Positions 39,339 through 51,778 of a DNA stretch of 64,000 nt are shown here, piece after piece (position 1 is the stretch's first letter; every line of letters starts with the position of its first letter). Where the stretch lies: assembly GCA_951406725.2 (NCBI GenBank), contig OX597827.1, positions 68,882,001-68,946,000 on the forward strand, read 5' to 3'. Both the position numbers and the translations under genes were made by a program. A model generated the notes under the pieces. It was not told the origin of the DNA. It was given only the letters and a program-made list of their open reading frames with translations, and did no database searches. The DNA comes from Octopus vulgaris (Eukaryota).

Positions 39339-39384
39339 AACACAACGTTTCGCCTGATATACCCTCCAGCCTTCATCAGGTGTC
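39339..39384 (-). ncRNA. Minimal type I hammerhead ribozyme motif (second copy)
   Basis: Reverse complement is gacac CTGATGA a ggctg gagggtatat caggc GAAA CGTT gtgtt, with one stem II mismatch. Confidence 0.68.
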
Positions 39385-39483
39385 TTGGGGAAATTTCGAA
39401 CCTGGGTTCTCATTCCTAAGGTATTTTTTGATGTTCATGGCCAATGAGGTGTACCCGAGGCGTGGTTATTGCTAGTTGAAAAC

Positions 39484-39520
<37 letters not shown>

Positions 39521-39669
39521 TTTCAGGTCACTGCCTCGAATTGAACTTGGAATCTTGGGGTTAAGAGCGCGTTCCGAGTTCAATTCCAGGCAGTGGCTTG
39601 AATAATAATAATAATAATAACATTGAAAAACACCTTAGGAATGAGATCTCAGGTTCGAAATTTCCCCAA

Positions 39670-39715
39670 GACACCTGAAGAAGGCTGGAGGGTATATCAG
39701 CCGAAACGTTGTGTT
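39670..39715 (+). ncRNA. Minimal type I hammerhead ribozyme motif (Penelope-type)
   Basis: gacac CTGAAGA a ggctg gagggtatat cagcc GAAA CGTT gtgtt. Intact CUGANGA and GAAA cores, stem I gacac/gtgtt, stem II ggctg/cagcc, palindromic loopless stem III (ACGT), GUU cleavage triplet. Confidence 0.75.
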
Positions 39716-40196
39716 AACAAACAAGATGAGGATAAATATCCATCAAATGTAAATAATGTAAATAATGGATTCGATTTGTTCAACTACAATTCTTCAAAGT
39801 GGTGCCCCAGCATGACTGCAGCTTAATGAGTGAAACAAGCAAAAGATGGATATACATAAATTGTCAATAAGGTCAGCAACCTGAGTATAACCAAAAATCA
39901 CTGTCTGTTTTTGACTGAAAAAACTTAACTGTTTGTTAGTGGACACCAATGTGAACAATGTGAACCATCACCGTTTTGGACTGAGCATTCTTTACTCCCA
40001 CAGCACAGGAAGTGAAAAATTATACAAACAAATGATCTCACCCAAACAATAGACTATTTGAAGCACATACTATTAAAAAAAGATGTTCTTGCTAGCAGAG
40101 AGCTCCTACACTCCCTTTTGTAAAATTGCTGTGTTGCTTATAAAGTTTTGTTAATGACTTAAAGGGTTGCAGTATTTCATTATGAAAACATAATCA

Positions 40197-40588
40197 TCTC
40201 TATATATAAAGCTGAAGTTGTCTGTGTATGGCAGGTTTGGTAGCCTTCAACTAACACTATCTCCTCCGAGATCCTGTGGTACAAGTTGACCAAAATTGAG
40301 AGTATGATAGAAGAAGGCTTGCTCTTCCTTCCATAGAAGATAAAATTCAAATCGGACCATATTAACACCAAAAATTATTTACATCAAAAAGGTGCTTTTT
40401 TTTCTATGAAAATCCGTATTTTTTTTACGATTTTTTGACTGCTGTGTCGCCATTTTTCGGTGTATTTCAACTAGAAAAATGTTCACTTAAACAGAATAAC
40501 AAGCTACATAATGCAAAATTTTTACTTTTCAAAAATTCCAATTCTAAAGGGTTGAAACAAACCCGAGTAACACCGGCGATACTGCTAG
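40197..40588 (+). mobile_element. Non-autonomous Helitron
   Basis: a|TCTCTATATATAAAG 5' end; 3' GC hairpin cccgagtaacaccgg followed by CTAG|t; AT target with no TSD. Confidence 0.78.
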
Positions 40589-42367
40589 TATATTATAAAG
40601 TATATTAAATGTCTTTATAAGTCAATACCATGTTCTACAGTGTTAACAGTGTGCTTTACATCACTTGTTAACATTATCTCTAAGGATATCCGATATAAAT
40701 TGTAGCCAGCAGTGATATTTGTCACAACGTTTTGTATCCGAGATGTCAGATATAAACTAACAGTGAGATCAAAGATGAAAAAGAATAATGGGTATATATA
40801 TATTTCAGGAGCTACAAAAAGTGTCATAACAAAAATCTATAGCAACAACCCTAACATGTGATAAAGTTTTGTGTACTCCTATTTGACTTGTCTTCTCATT
40901 ACTAAGAGACCCTCCCTTCAGCAATACACGTCACACACACACACACAAACACACACATATATGCAAGCACAATGATATTAACATGCTTGGGTACATTTGA
41001 ATGTAGAAGGAGCTTTCATTGCAGAAAGTCTTGAGAAAAAATTTCTCCTCATAGATAAAACGTTTGAGAACACATCAGCCTATGAATGACTGTTGGCAAC
41101 TATAGCCTGATTTTTTTCACACCATCTTGAAATTATATCACTTTTTCTTTAAGAGTCACACAGAGCTACCGCTAGGATTTTGTTTGCTTTTTTCTAACTA
41201 AGAGATAAAATTTCAATTCCCTAAGAACTTTTTGCATACGTCTTTCAGTACATCACCAGCTACCTGAAATACATACATACACACACACACATAGATGTAC
41301 AGTTTTACTCACAGACACAGCAAGATAAAACACAGGTATAATGAACAATTATAAAGATAAACAAACCCAAAGTTAGAAAAGTCAGGTGTACCCTAAACAG
41401 TATTGTCTGGGACGAAAATAATACGAAAACTCAAAACAGCTACAGGCTGTTAAAGTAATCAGAACCCCAGCCCCATACACACAGGTAGAGACATACAAAT
41501 GACAGACAAACATCTATTTTAAACAGCCTCTTCACTGCATACTCCTCACACACCCCCACGTCATTAGACACCCTGCTATATCCAGTATGTGTGTGTGTTA
41601 CAACACCAGCTTCAAATTTCCAGATCAGAATAACAGATCTTCTTAATAAAGGTGGCTGATGCTTGATAAAATGGGTGGAGTGTTTCCGGCAAAATAGTAA
41701 GGCGGGGTGAAGTGAGAAGGTAACAACGACTGGGTCTGCAGAGCTACATCTTGTCAGCTGCCAACGCCAAAGAAATTATATAATCCCCTTAATTTTAATT
41801 AGGCATAAAACATCACCATATTGTGGGCCAATAGTAGGGAAATATTATGTTACACCAAGGCTGGTAGAAAGAGGATAATCTTCCCCTCAAATTGAATGCA
41901 TGCCACAGAAAATCTGGTGAATTTGCAGATGCATTATTATGGGCTATAACAGTAGTGTATCCTGATTAGCACCAGGATATTGCAAATCTCAAGCACTGCA
42001 AAGGTTAGGGAGCAACATGACTAAAGCAGTGATAAAACTATTTGGTGACACACACTAAGCTGTTGCTAGGGCCATACAGTGGTATGGTGCTAATGTATAC
42101 AAGTTTATCTCAGGTACGAGCAAACGCCCCAATGCTATATTGTGTGCGCGAGGGCATGGAAGATGATGTCACTCTACTCCTTGCTCCTTTCTGTACGTAC
42201 ATATATGGTGAGGTACTTTGCTGGCGGAGACCCATCTAATATATGCAAGCATGACAAAAGTCAATGCATAAATTATGATAAACACACATATACACACTCG
42301 GGGGAAAGATGGGTGGGAAGAGAGGGAAGAAGGGGGAGCTAAATCAGCTTAGCAGGAACGAAATCCA

Positions 42368-42400
<33 letters not shown>

Positions 42401-42623
42401 AGGGAGCGAGTTGGCATAATCCTTATCACGCTGGGGGAACATGCTTAGTGGCATTTCATCCATCTTTGCATTCTGAGTTCAAATTCTTCCGAGGTCGACT
42501 TTGCCTTTCATCCTTTCGGTGGGCTGATAAAAATAGGTACCAGTGGCGCAATGGAATCAATGTCATCAACTTATTCCCCACCCCTGAAATTACTGGCCTT
42601 GAGCCAAAATTTGAAACCAATAA

Positions 42624-42673
<50 letters not shown>

Positions 42674-42990
42674 CTTCTCAGCCACACAGTTCCAGGTTTA
42701 GTCCTACTGCGTGGCACCTTGGGCAAGTGTCTTCTACTATAGCCTTGGATCGGCTGAAGCCTTATGAGTGGATTTGGTAGACGTGTGTGTTTTTGTCTGT
42801 CTGTCCCCAATTTACTTCCCAATCATGTGGAATGGCGGAATGGGTTCAGTCCCACTGTGCAGCACCTTGGACATTTGGATATGTTTCTTCTACTATAGTC
42901 TCGGGCGAACCAAAGCCTTGTGAATGGATTTGGTAGATGGAAACTGAAAGAAGCCCATCATGTGTGTGTGTGTGAGAGAAAGAGAATGTG

Positions 42991-43055
<65 letters not shown>

Positions 43056-43133
43056 ATGTGTGTATGTGTGAGAGAGAGAGAGTGTGTGCATGTGTGTGTA
43101 TGTGTGTGTGTGTGTGTGTGAGAAAGAATGTAT

Positions 43134-43164
<31 letters not shown>

Positions 43165-44221
43165 AGAAAGAACGTACGTGTGTGTGTCCATGTCTCTGTC
43201 TCCCAACAACCCTAGACAACCAGTGTTGGTTTGTTACATACCAGTAACATAGCAGTTCAGCAAAAGAGAATGATAGAATAAACATCAAGCTTGGAAAAAA
43301 ATAGAAATATATATATATATATATAAGTACTGGGGCCAATTTGTTAACTTCAAGGCAATGCCCTAATATGGCTGCAGTCCAATGAATGAAACAAGTGAAA
43401 AGTAAAAACAATAAATAAACGTGTCACGAAAAACCAATAAAAAAAACTGTACAGTTTACAAGAGCCAGACACCTTCAATTCTCTTTTACACCTGAATACT
43501 CATTAATTAGTCAACAATGAATGATTTCTTTTAGACTCACTAATTACACAAATAATGGCGAATTTCTTTGATACTAATTACTCAGTGAAAGGTGTTTTGC
43601 TACTAATTACTCAATTGTTAATGATTTCTTTGATACAGGTTTACTTACTATAGGTGCAGGCATGGCTGTGTGGTAAGAAGTTTGCTTCCAAACTACATGG
43701 TTCAATCCCACTGTACGGCACCTTGAACAAATGTCATACTGTACTACTATCTCAGGCCAACCAAAGCCTCATGAGTGGATTTGGTAGATGGAAACTGAAT
43801 TCTATATTATCTTATAGCATTGAGATCTTTGCCTTTCATCTTTTCGGGGTCAATTAAATAAGTACCAGTTATGCACTGGGGTTGATATAATTGACAATCT
43901 GTTTGTCTTTGTTTGTCCCTTCTGTGTGCAGCCCCTTGTGGGCAGTAAAGAAATAAGATTTAAATAATGTGGCTGTTTATTTTAAGAATGACATTGTAGG
44001 GGAAGTGTGTGAGACCTGATCTGGCCAATTTGAACACAAAACAGGTCAGATAATTGTGCCAGATATAACTGGTTTAAGTACGGAAGGATTAAACCAGCCA
44101 AATATTCTCCTTGTTTTATGTTCAATCTGACCAGATCTGTCCTCTCACACCTACCTTACAATGTCATTCTAAAAAATAAACAATCACATCATTGAAATCT
44201 TGAAGTTATGAAAACAAAGAG

Positions 44222-44600
44222 AACAAGAGCACGGAGAGAGCACAAACCTCTGCCATGGCAACACCAATGTCCTCTCAACGATTAGCCAGAGATGATTTTT
44301 AAAATGAGAATATCTGAAATAAACTCGACTGCTCTCACAAACAAGAATACTAAAAATGAAACTTGACCACTCTCAAAAATCAAGCAAAAAAAAAAAAAAA
44401 CAGGAAAAATAATCTAGAATCCTTGTCTGGTAGGAGATCAATCCCCAAATCTAATCAATTTGTGTCAGTCACGAGGCCAAACACTCCTGAAAGTTTCATG
44501 CAAATCTATCCAGTGGTTCTTGAGATATCTTGTTCATGGACAAACAAACAAACAAACACAACTGAAAACAATACCTCCACCATAGTGAAAGCAGAGGAAA
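44222..44600. mobile_element. Helentron/HINE-like non-autonomous element
   Basis: aacaagagc start, aagtttcatgcaaatctatccagtggttcttgagatatc core, (ACAA)n microsatellite, terminal hairpin acctccac...gcagagg. Confidence 0.55.
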
Positions 44601-45339
44601 TAAATATACATTACAATTGACAGAATAATATGAGTGCTAAAAGATTCAAGTCAGTAATCAAAGAAAAGATATTGCATGTAAAAATACATGCAACAACCTC
44701 CCACCACCAGGTCATTCTCACAAACCAATGAGACACTGTTTAGTCACTCTTCCTACTAGAAACAGTAGCCAAGTCTACTTAAAATCACCCATTACCACAA
44801 TCTGAGAAAGGATACACTCAATAGCATTGTCATCAGTTTCCTGTACATTCAAAAAAAAAAAAAATGTGGGGGATGATCACAGCTGGAGTGCCTTCAATCA
44901 TAGATCTGCTAGGTCAGATCTAATACAATTTTTTTTTAACTCCTGCTAAAAACCTGTTTAAAACCTCTGCTTTGCTCTCGGTCACTCTTAGTGGGATCTG
45001 CTGTTTATTGCAACCATTTGGGGCCAGGTCTCCATGCAAGGAATAAATTCAAGCATTTGTCACAGAAGACATGAAAAAGGCCAAGGACACTATCTTCCTC
45101 TGACTAATGCATTATATATCATCATCATTTAACATTCGTTTTCCATGCTGGCATATCATCATCATCATTCATCATCATTTAACGTCCGTTCTCCATGCTA
45201 GCATGGGTTGGACGGTTCGACCGGGGATCTGGGAAGCCAGAAGGCTGCACCAGGCTCCAGTCTTATCTGGCAATGTTTCTACAGCTGGATGCCCTTCCTA
45301 ACGCCAACCACTCCGTGAGTGTAGTGGGTGCTTTTTATG

Positions 45340-45385
<46 letters not shown>

Positions 45386-45747
45386 CACATATATACATAT
45401 ATAAGCATGTACACACATGTGAAATTTTGTATATTTGTTAGAAGCCGGCTCTTACCTCACTGGAAAATTTCAAACTAAAAATAGAACACACACACACCTT
45501 TATATGTAAGGCATTACATGTGGCTAGGAAGTAAACTTATTAATCACTGAACCATGCCTGCACTTGTATGTGTGTGTGTGTGTCTTTAGTTAGACAAGGA
45601 CAACAGTAGAAGACACTACTTGCTCAAAGTGCCAGACAATGGGATTGAACCCAAAACCCACATGGTTGGGCAGCAAATTTCTTAAGCACATCAGTTATGG
45701 TGAAGAGTACTCCAGTTGATATGATCAACAAATTGGGATGCTTACAC

Positions 45748-46131
45748 ATTTTTACTCTTTTATTTGTTTCAGTCATTTGATTGCGGCCATGCTGGAGCAC
45801 TGCCTTTAGTCAAGCAAATCGACCCCAGGACTTATTCTTTGGAAGCCGAGTGCTTATTCTGAAGCGCTAAGTTACGGGGACGTAAACACACCAGCATCAG
45901 TTGTCAAGCGATGTTGGGGGTGACAAACACACACACACAAACATACACACACACACACACATATATATACGATGGGCTTCTTTCAGTTTCCGTCTGCCAA
46001 ATCCACTCACAAGGCTTTGGTCAGCCCTAGGCTATAGTAGAAGACAATTGCCCAAGGTGCCACGCAGTGGGACTGAACCCGGAACCATGTAGTTGGTAAG
46101 TAAGCTTCTTACCACACAGCCACTCCTGCAC
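45748..46131 (-). mobile_element. Family-A SINE
   Basis: Colinear with 6709-7107, with a small internal deletion. Confidence 0.85.
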
Positions 46132-47029
46132 CTTGTGAACTAAGTGTGCAAGTGGCTGAGTATTCCTTTAGTACGTAAACTGGCCATCATACTGGCCCGA
46201 ATATTCTACCTGTTTTATGCTCAAATAGGGCAGATCTGGCCTCTCCTTCTAAAATTTAACAGTTACCTCTTCGAAATTTCAAAGCTACAAGATAAAGCAT
46301 GGTTAATTGAAGACATGTCAATCAATGAACCTTCCTTTTGATGGAATAATGTGAACGCTAAAGGGTTAATGTAGTTCTCACGGAGAGAGACAAGGATGGC
46401 CCTTCGAAATGCAAACAACCCATTTTTGCCAGCAGAGTAAAATGGAGTAACACAAAATAAAGTGTCTTGCTTAAGGACACAACATGTCACCAGGAATTGA
46501 ACTCACGACCATGTGATTGCGGGCCAAGTATCCAAACCACAAAGTCACATGGCTTCATAACACTGCTACAAGTGGTTAGGAAGTGGAGCTGCTTTAATTA
46601 CACACACACAAGACACACTGTCCATTTATAGTTACATGTGTTTCTTTACAAATTCAATGAGTTTATTCATGTTTATACTTCCATTCAGTCATGGGAATAA
46701 CTGGTACCATAACCCAACGAGCTGCATGCCACCACTGTAAGCATTTATTACGCATATTTATTGAGAAACTCATTTGTTTTCACTGTGGTCATGTGAAAGA
46801 GACGTTAATTAAAAAAATCATACAAAAATAGAAGTCTGTAAAAGAAAAACAGTTTTACTTTATTATTATTATTATTAATATTATTATTATTTTTTGCATT
46901 TTATTTTAAAGATGTATTATTGACTGACACGAGACCAGACAAAGAGAATAATACGTTGACTGATGCATCAAAAGTCGTGTTGATTAATGATAATAATAAT
47001 TCTTTCTAATATAGGCACATGTGTAGGCA

Positions 47030-47522
47030 AGTAAGTGGCCTAGTGGTTAAGGTGTCAGCACTATGATCGTAAGATTGTGGTTTCGATTCCTGGACCAGGC
47101 GACGCGTTGTGCTCGAGCAAAACATTTCATTTCATGTTGCTCCAGTTCACTCAGCTGGCAAAAATGAGTAACGCTGCGATGGACTGGCATCCCATCCAGC
47201 TAGGGAACACATATGCCATTGAAACCGGGAAACCGGGCCTATGAGCCTGGCTAGGCTTTAAAAGGGCACATTTATTTGTGGAGGTGCGTGGCTTAGTGGT
47301 TAGGGTGTCAGCACCATGATCGTAAGATTGTGGTTTCGATTCCTGGACCGGGCTACACGTTGTGCTCTTGAGCAAAACACTTCATTTCACGTTGCTCCAG
47401 TTCACTCAGCTGGCAAAAATGAGCAACGCTACGATGGACTGGCATCCCGTCCAGCTGGGGAACACATATGCCATTGAAACGGGGAAACCAGGCCCATGAG
47501 CCTGGCTAGGCTTTAAAAAGGG
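47030..47522 (+). mobile_element. Head-to-tail dimer of family-D tRNA SINE (Meta/V-domain-like middle)
   Basis: Two units of about 255 bp: gtggcttagtggttagggtgtcagcac...ggtttcgattcctgg...ctccagttcactcagctgg...gatggactggcatcc...aaaagggcac. Related copies at about 51370 and 63320, and on minus at about 46380 and 49520. Confidence 0.8.
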
Positions 47523-47559
47523 TGCATTTATTTATTTATTATTAATATAGGCACAGGGC

Positions 47560-48560
47560 TTGAAGTTTAGGAGGAAGGGCTAGGAGATAACATGGACCCC
47601 ACTGCTCAACGGGTACTTATTTTACCAACCCTGAAAGGACAAAAAGCAAAGTTGACCCCAGTAGAATTTTCTTCATAACAATTAATAATCCTTGACACAG
47701 GGCCTGAAATTTTGGGATGGGGCTAGTCAATTAGTGATTAACTGGTACTTATTTCATTGAACCCCAAAAGGATGACAGGTAAAATTGACATCAACAGAAT
47801 TTGAACTTGGAATGGCAAGCCTGAAGAAACAGCACTAAGCATTTCGCCCGGCATGCTTAATAATTCTGCCAGCATGCTATCTTAGTTATGTTACTACTAC
47901 TACTACTACTACTACTACAGAAGAAGAAGAAGAAGAAATAATAATAATAATAATAATGTTTTCTTTATACTCCACTAAGAACTCAGAAAAACCTTGTGGA
48001 CAGTACAGGACAATGCAGTGAGAGGTTAAATGCTTTATTTCATCAACACCAGTAAAATGAAAGGTATGTTGACCCCAGTAGGACTGAGATTTGAACTCAC
48101 AGAATAAAATATTAGAACAAACAGAGCAAAGCATTTTTACCAATGCTCTAACAATTTTGTGACTTGATATGTTTGTATTCTAACCTTGTCTTTAAGTGAC
48201 TTCTGCTCTGTGTATCTTTGTAACCACTTTTTGTATTAATATATGACCCACTGACCTTTACACCATAAACATATGTCCTAGTGACTTTTCCTATGTAAAT
48301 GTATGGAATATATATATGGCTCCCTGATATCTCCCCATAAAAAAGCCTTGTAATAATAATGGTTACAAATTTAGGGAGAGGGCTAGCAATTTTAGGGGAG
48401 GGAAGTAAGTCAATTACATTGACACCCTTGTTCAACTGCTACTTACTTTATCAACCCTGTAAGGATGAAAGACAAAATTGACCTCAGCAGAATTTGAACT
48501 AGAATGTCCAATGTCCAACATGCTAATGATTCTGCCAGCTCCCTGCCTTCTAACAATAAT
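47560..48560 (-). mobile_element. Cluster of decayed family-B SINEs
   Basis: Repeated ggtacttattt...aaaggatgaaaggcaaagttgacc...agaatttgaact units. Confidence 0.65.
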
Positions 48561-48576
48561 GAAACATTGAATATCT

Positions 48577-49429
48577 GAAGGAGTGCTGAAAAATTCCTGG
48601 CTTGGGGTAAAAGAAAATTCAGGAAAATCAATTAATTATGATTATATATTTCTTTACTGCCCACAAGGGGCTAAATATAGAGGGGACAAACAAGGACAGA
48701 CAAAGGGATTAAGTCGATTATATCGACCCCAGTGCGAAACTGGTACTTTATCGACCCCGAAAGGATGAAAGGCAAAGTCGACCTCGGCAGAATTTGAACT
48801 CACAACGTAACGACAGACGAAATACCGCTAAGCATTTCGCCCGGCACGCTAACGTTTCTGCCAGCTCGCCACCTTAATTAATTAATTATGATCATATTCA
48901 ACATATTGGGCCTCACAGAGGTAAAGTGGCTGAGTTCCTTTCTAGAGTTGGTTATCACGGAGGCAATGACTGAGACTTTTGGCATCATGTCGTGCTTGAG
49001 AAGAAGACCCATCAAGCCAAGCAAAATCACAGTTGTGGAAGATACCGGTGTCATGCAAATTGGCACCCATGCCGGTGGCATATAAAAGCACCCCTGTGTC
49101 AGGCAAATGACATGTGCCGGTAGCACGTAAAAGCACTCATTACTCTCGGAGTAGTTGATGTCAGGAAGGGCATCCAGTCATAGAAAACTATGCCAAATCA
49201 GACTGGAGTTTGGTGCAGCCTTCTAGGGTACCAGCCCAGTCAAACCGTCCAACCTTACCAACAGTGACAACAGACATTAAATGATGATGATATTCCCCTC
49301 TCAGATTCACACACTCATTGCAACGATCCTTCAGTTTTTCTAAGCCCTGTAAAAGAACTCAGAAGGTTGGGCCTTCAACCAGCCCTTTTGCGATACTCTT
49401 AAAGCCAGGAACTTTTCAGCAACGCCTCG
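48577..49429. mobile_element. mariner-like MITE split by a nested family-B SINE (48645-48875) and family-C sequence (about 48908-49290)
   Basis: Reverse of the 34550 MITE. aattaattatgat is duplicated around the B insertion and atatt around the C insertion. Confidence 0.7.
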
Positions 49430-50059
49430 TGTGTGTGTGTATGGGTGCAGGCATGGCTGTGTGGTAAGAAGCTTGCTTACCAACTACATGGTTCCGGGTT
49501 CAGTTCCACTACATGGCACCTTGGGCACAAGTGCAAGCAAGGTTGCTTACGGAAGACCAGCAGTTGTGCATGCATACAAGCCTCTCCTCTCCATGCCACC
49601 AATGTTATCCAAGGGAAAGGCAAAGGCCGACAGAGCTAGTGAACTAGAGTAACATGAAATAAAATTTCTTGATCAAGAACATAATACACACACAGCCCAG
49701 CCCTAGAATTGAACTCACCACTTCATACCTGTGAGCCTGATGCTCTAACCACTGGGCCAAGTACCTTTTAAGCAACAACAATAACTAACACATCTACCAA
49801 CAACAACAACAGCAAAAACATTGGGAACATATTAGAGAATAAAAATTCAAGAAAAAACAGAGAAGGATGTGAGAAAGGGAGAAAGTGAGCGAAGGAGGGG
49901 TTAAGAAAGGGAGAAAGAGAAGGACAAAGAGGAAAGGAGATAGGGAAGAAGTGCATATAAGCCAGCCAGAGGGTGAGTGGTGGGGTGGAGGAGGAGCATG
50001 CACTGCCTCATGTACAGACAGATATATGGAAAGATGTAGACAAAACACAAACATGCAGA

Positions 50060-50095
<36 letters not shown>

Positions 50096-50134
50096 ATACG
50101 TGTGTTTTGGGTAGATAGATTAGACAGATAGTCA

Positions 50135-50468
50135 GCTAGACAAACAGACACTCAGAGACAAACAGACTGACAAGAGAGAGACAGACAGACAGATACATAC
50201 ACGTACACAGAGAAGCAAACAGACAGATAGACAAAAAAAATGACAGTCTGACAAAAAAGACAGGCAGACAGACAGACAGCAGACAAACAGAGAGACAGAC
50301 AAATAGACAAAAAAGACAAACAGACAGACAAAACAGACGGGCAGACAGACAGACAAAAAAGACAGACAGACAAAAAAGACAGACAGACAGACAGACAAAA
50401 AAGACAGACAGACAGACAGACAAAAAAGACAGACAGACAGACAGACAAAAAAGACAGACAGACAAAAA

Positions 50469-50499
<31 letters not shown>

Positions 50500-50564
50500 G
50501 AGAGACAAATAGACAGACAGACAGATAGACAGAGACAAAAAGACAGACAGACAGACAGACAGAT

Positions 50565-50635
<71 letters not shown>

Positions 50636-50638
50636 AAA

Positions 50639-50691
<53 letters not shown>

Positions 50692-50706
50692 AAAAGACAG
50701 ACAGAC

Positions 50707-50765
<59 letters not shown>

Positions 50766-50822
50766 AAGACAGACAGACAGATAGACAGGCAGACAAACAG
50801 ATAGCTAGATACAGATAGACAC
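50135..50822. repeat. About 690 bp of (GACA)n-based compound microsatellite
   Basis: Directly visible. Confidence 0.95.
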
Positions 50823-51664
50823 AACAGATACATGCAGATGGATATATAGAAGACACATAAAATAAGAGAGAGAGAGAAAGTGAGAGAGACAACGAGAGAT
50901 GGGGGGGGGGCAAGAGTGAGGGCTTAACTGCAAAAACCAAATGGAAACAATAAGGAAAATAGCAAATGAAAAGTAAAACAGCAAAAGCAAAAAAAAAAAA
51001 AAAAAACAAAGAACTCAATAAACTAAAAGCAGTACAAGAGTCAGAAGTGGGTGAGATTTGGTGGGGCTAAAAGAACATATTTAACAGATTCTGCTTCAGA
51101 AATGAGGCCACCCTAGCAATTATCAGTCTTACCATCAAATTGTGATGGAGCAGTGTTTTTTGTGTCAACACATGGCCCCCACCTACTTTCTCTGAACATC
51201 CTCTCGCAAAATTCAGTTACAACAAGGTTCAAATCTCAATCATTATCCTACTCCAAATTCTCACTTTGTCCTCGCAGATTATAAACACGCCCTTCGACGG
51301 GGCCCTCACACAGTGCTTGCAACCTGCTGGAAATAACAGCCGGATTTCTCTCGAGTATAAGAGTGAAGACGCGTGAGCTAGTGATAAGGGTGTTGCACTC
51401 TCAATTGCAAAATTGTGGTTTCAATTCCCAGACAGGCAATGTATTGTTTTCTAGAGTAAAAACACTTCGAGTCTCATTGCTCTAGTCCACTCAGCTGTGA
51501 ACGGGTGACCTCGCTGTAGACTGGCACCCTGTTCAGGGGACACTGTTAGTCTGTCCACCTAGCCAGCAAGGCCGTAGCATCCAAGAGCTACAACAATACA
51601 AGGAAACGCATTGTGACCAGTGATTCTTTTATTCTCTTATTGGTTTCGGTCATTCAACTACGGC

Positions 51665-51778
51665 CATGCTCCCTCTCCGGAATCGAACCCTGATTCCCCA
51701 TTACCCGTTGCCACCACGATCGGCACTGACTGGGCCATCAACAGTTGACAGGGCGGACTCGCGGGGGACCCGTCACGC
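51665..51778 (-). pseudogene. 18S rRNA fragment (about 115 nt, 5' domain) embedded in a SINE
   Basis: Minus strand ...gtccgccctgtcaactgttgatgg...aacgggtaatGGGGAATCAGGGTTCGATTCCGGAGAGGGAGCATG matches the highly conserved eukaryotic 18S segment at roughly nt 300-400. Confidence 0.9.

Larger units (their letters stand above)
39246..39777. mobile_element. Head-to-head inverted pair of tRNA-headed, hammerhead-containing SINE-like elements (Penelope-associated), flanked by a 12-bp TSD
   Basis: Minus copy about 39259-39563, plus copy about 39559-39765. TGGATTCGATTT is duplicated at 39246-39257 and 39766-39777. The pair sits inside the 3' part of a family-A SINE. Confidence 0.8.

Noticed and set aside
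39099-39826. Two similar ORFs (MRTQVRNFPKTPDEGWRVYQ...) on opposite strands
   Set aside because: They are chance translations of the two inverted hammerhead-SINE bodies; the conserved signal is RNA structure.
50132-51018. Long ORFs of 174-288 aa (LSVC repeats)
   Set aside because: Translations of the (GACA)n microsatellite with no coding signal. The same applies to the HT/YI/CV-rich ORFs at 28846-29584, 36352-36817, 38531-38966, 42846-43411 and 60105-60607.
51665-51778. Functional 18S rRNA gene or contaminant contig
   Set aside because: Only about 115 nt, embedded in a host SINE, with no other rDNA around it.
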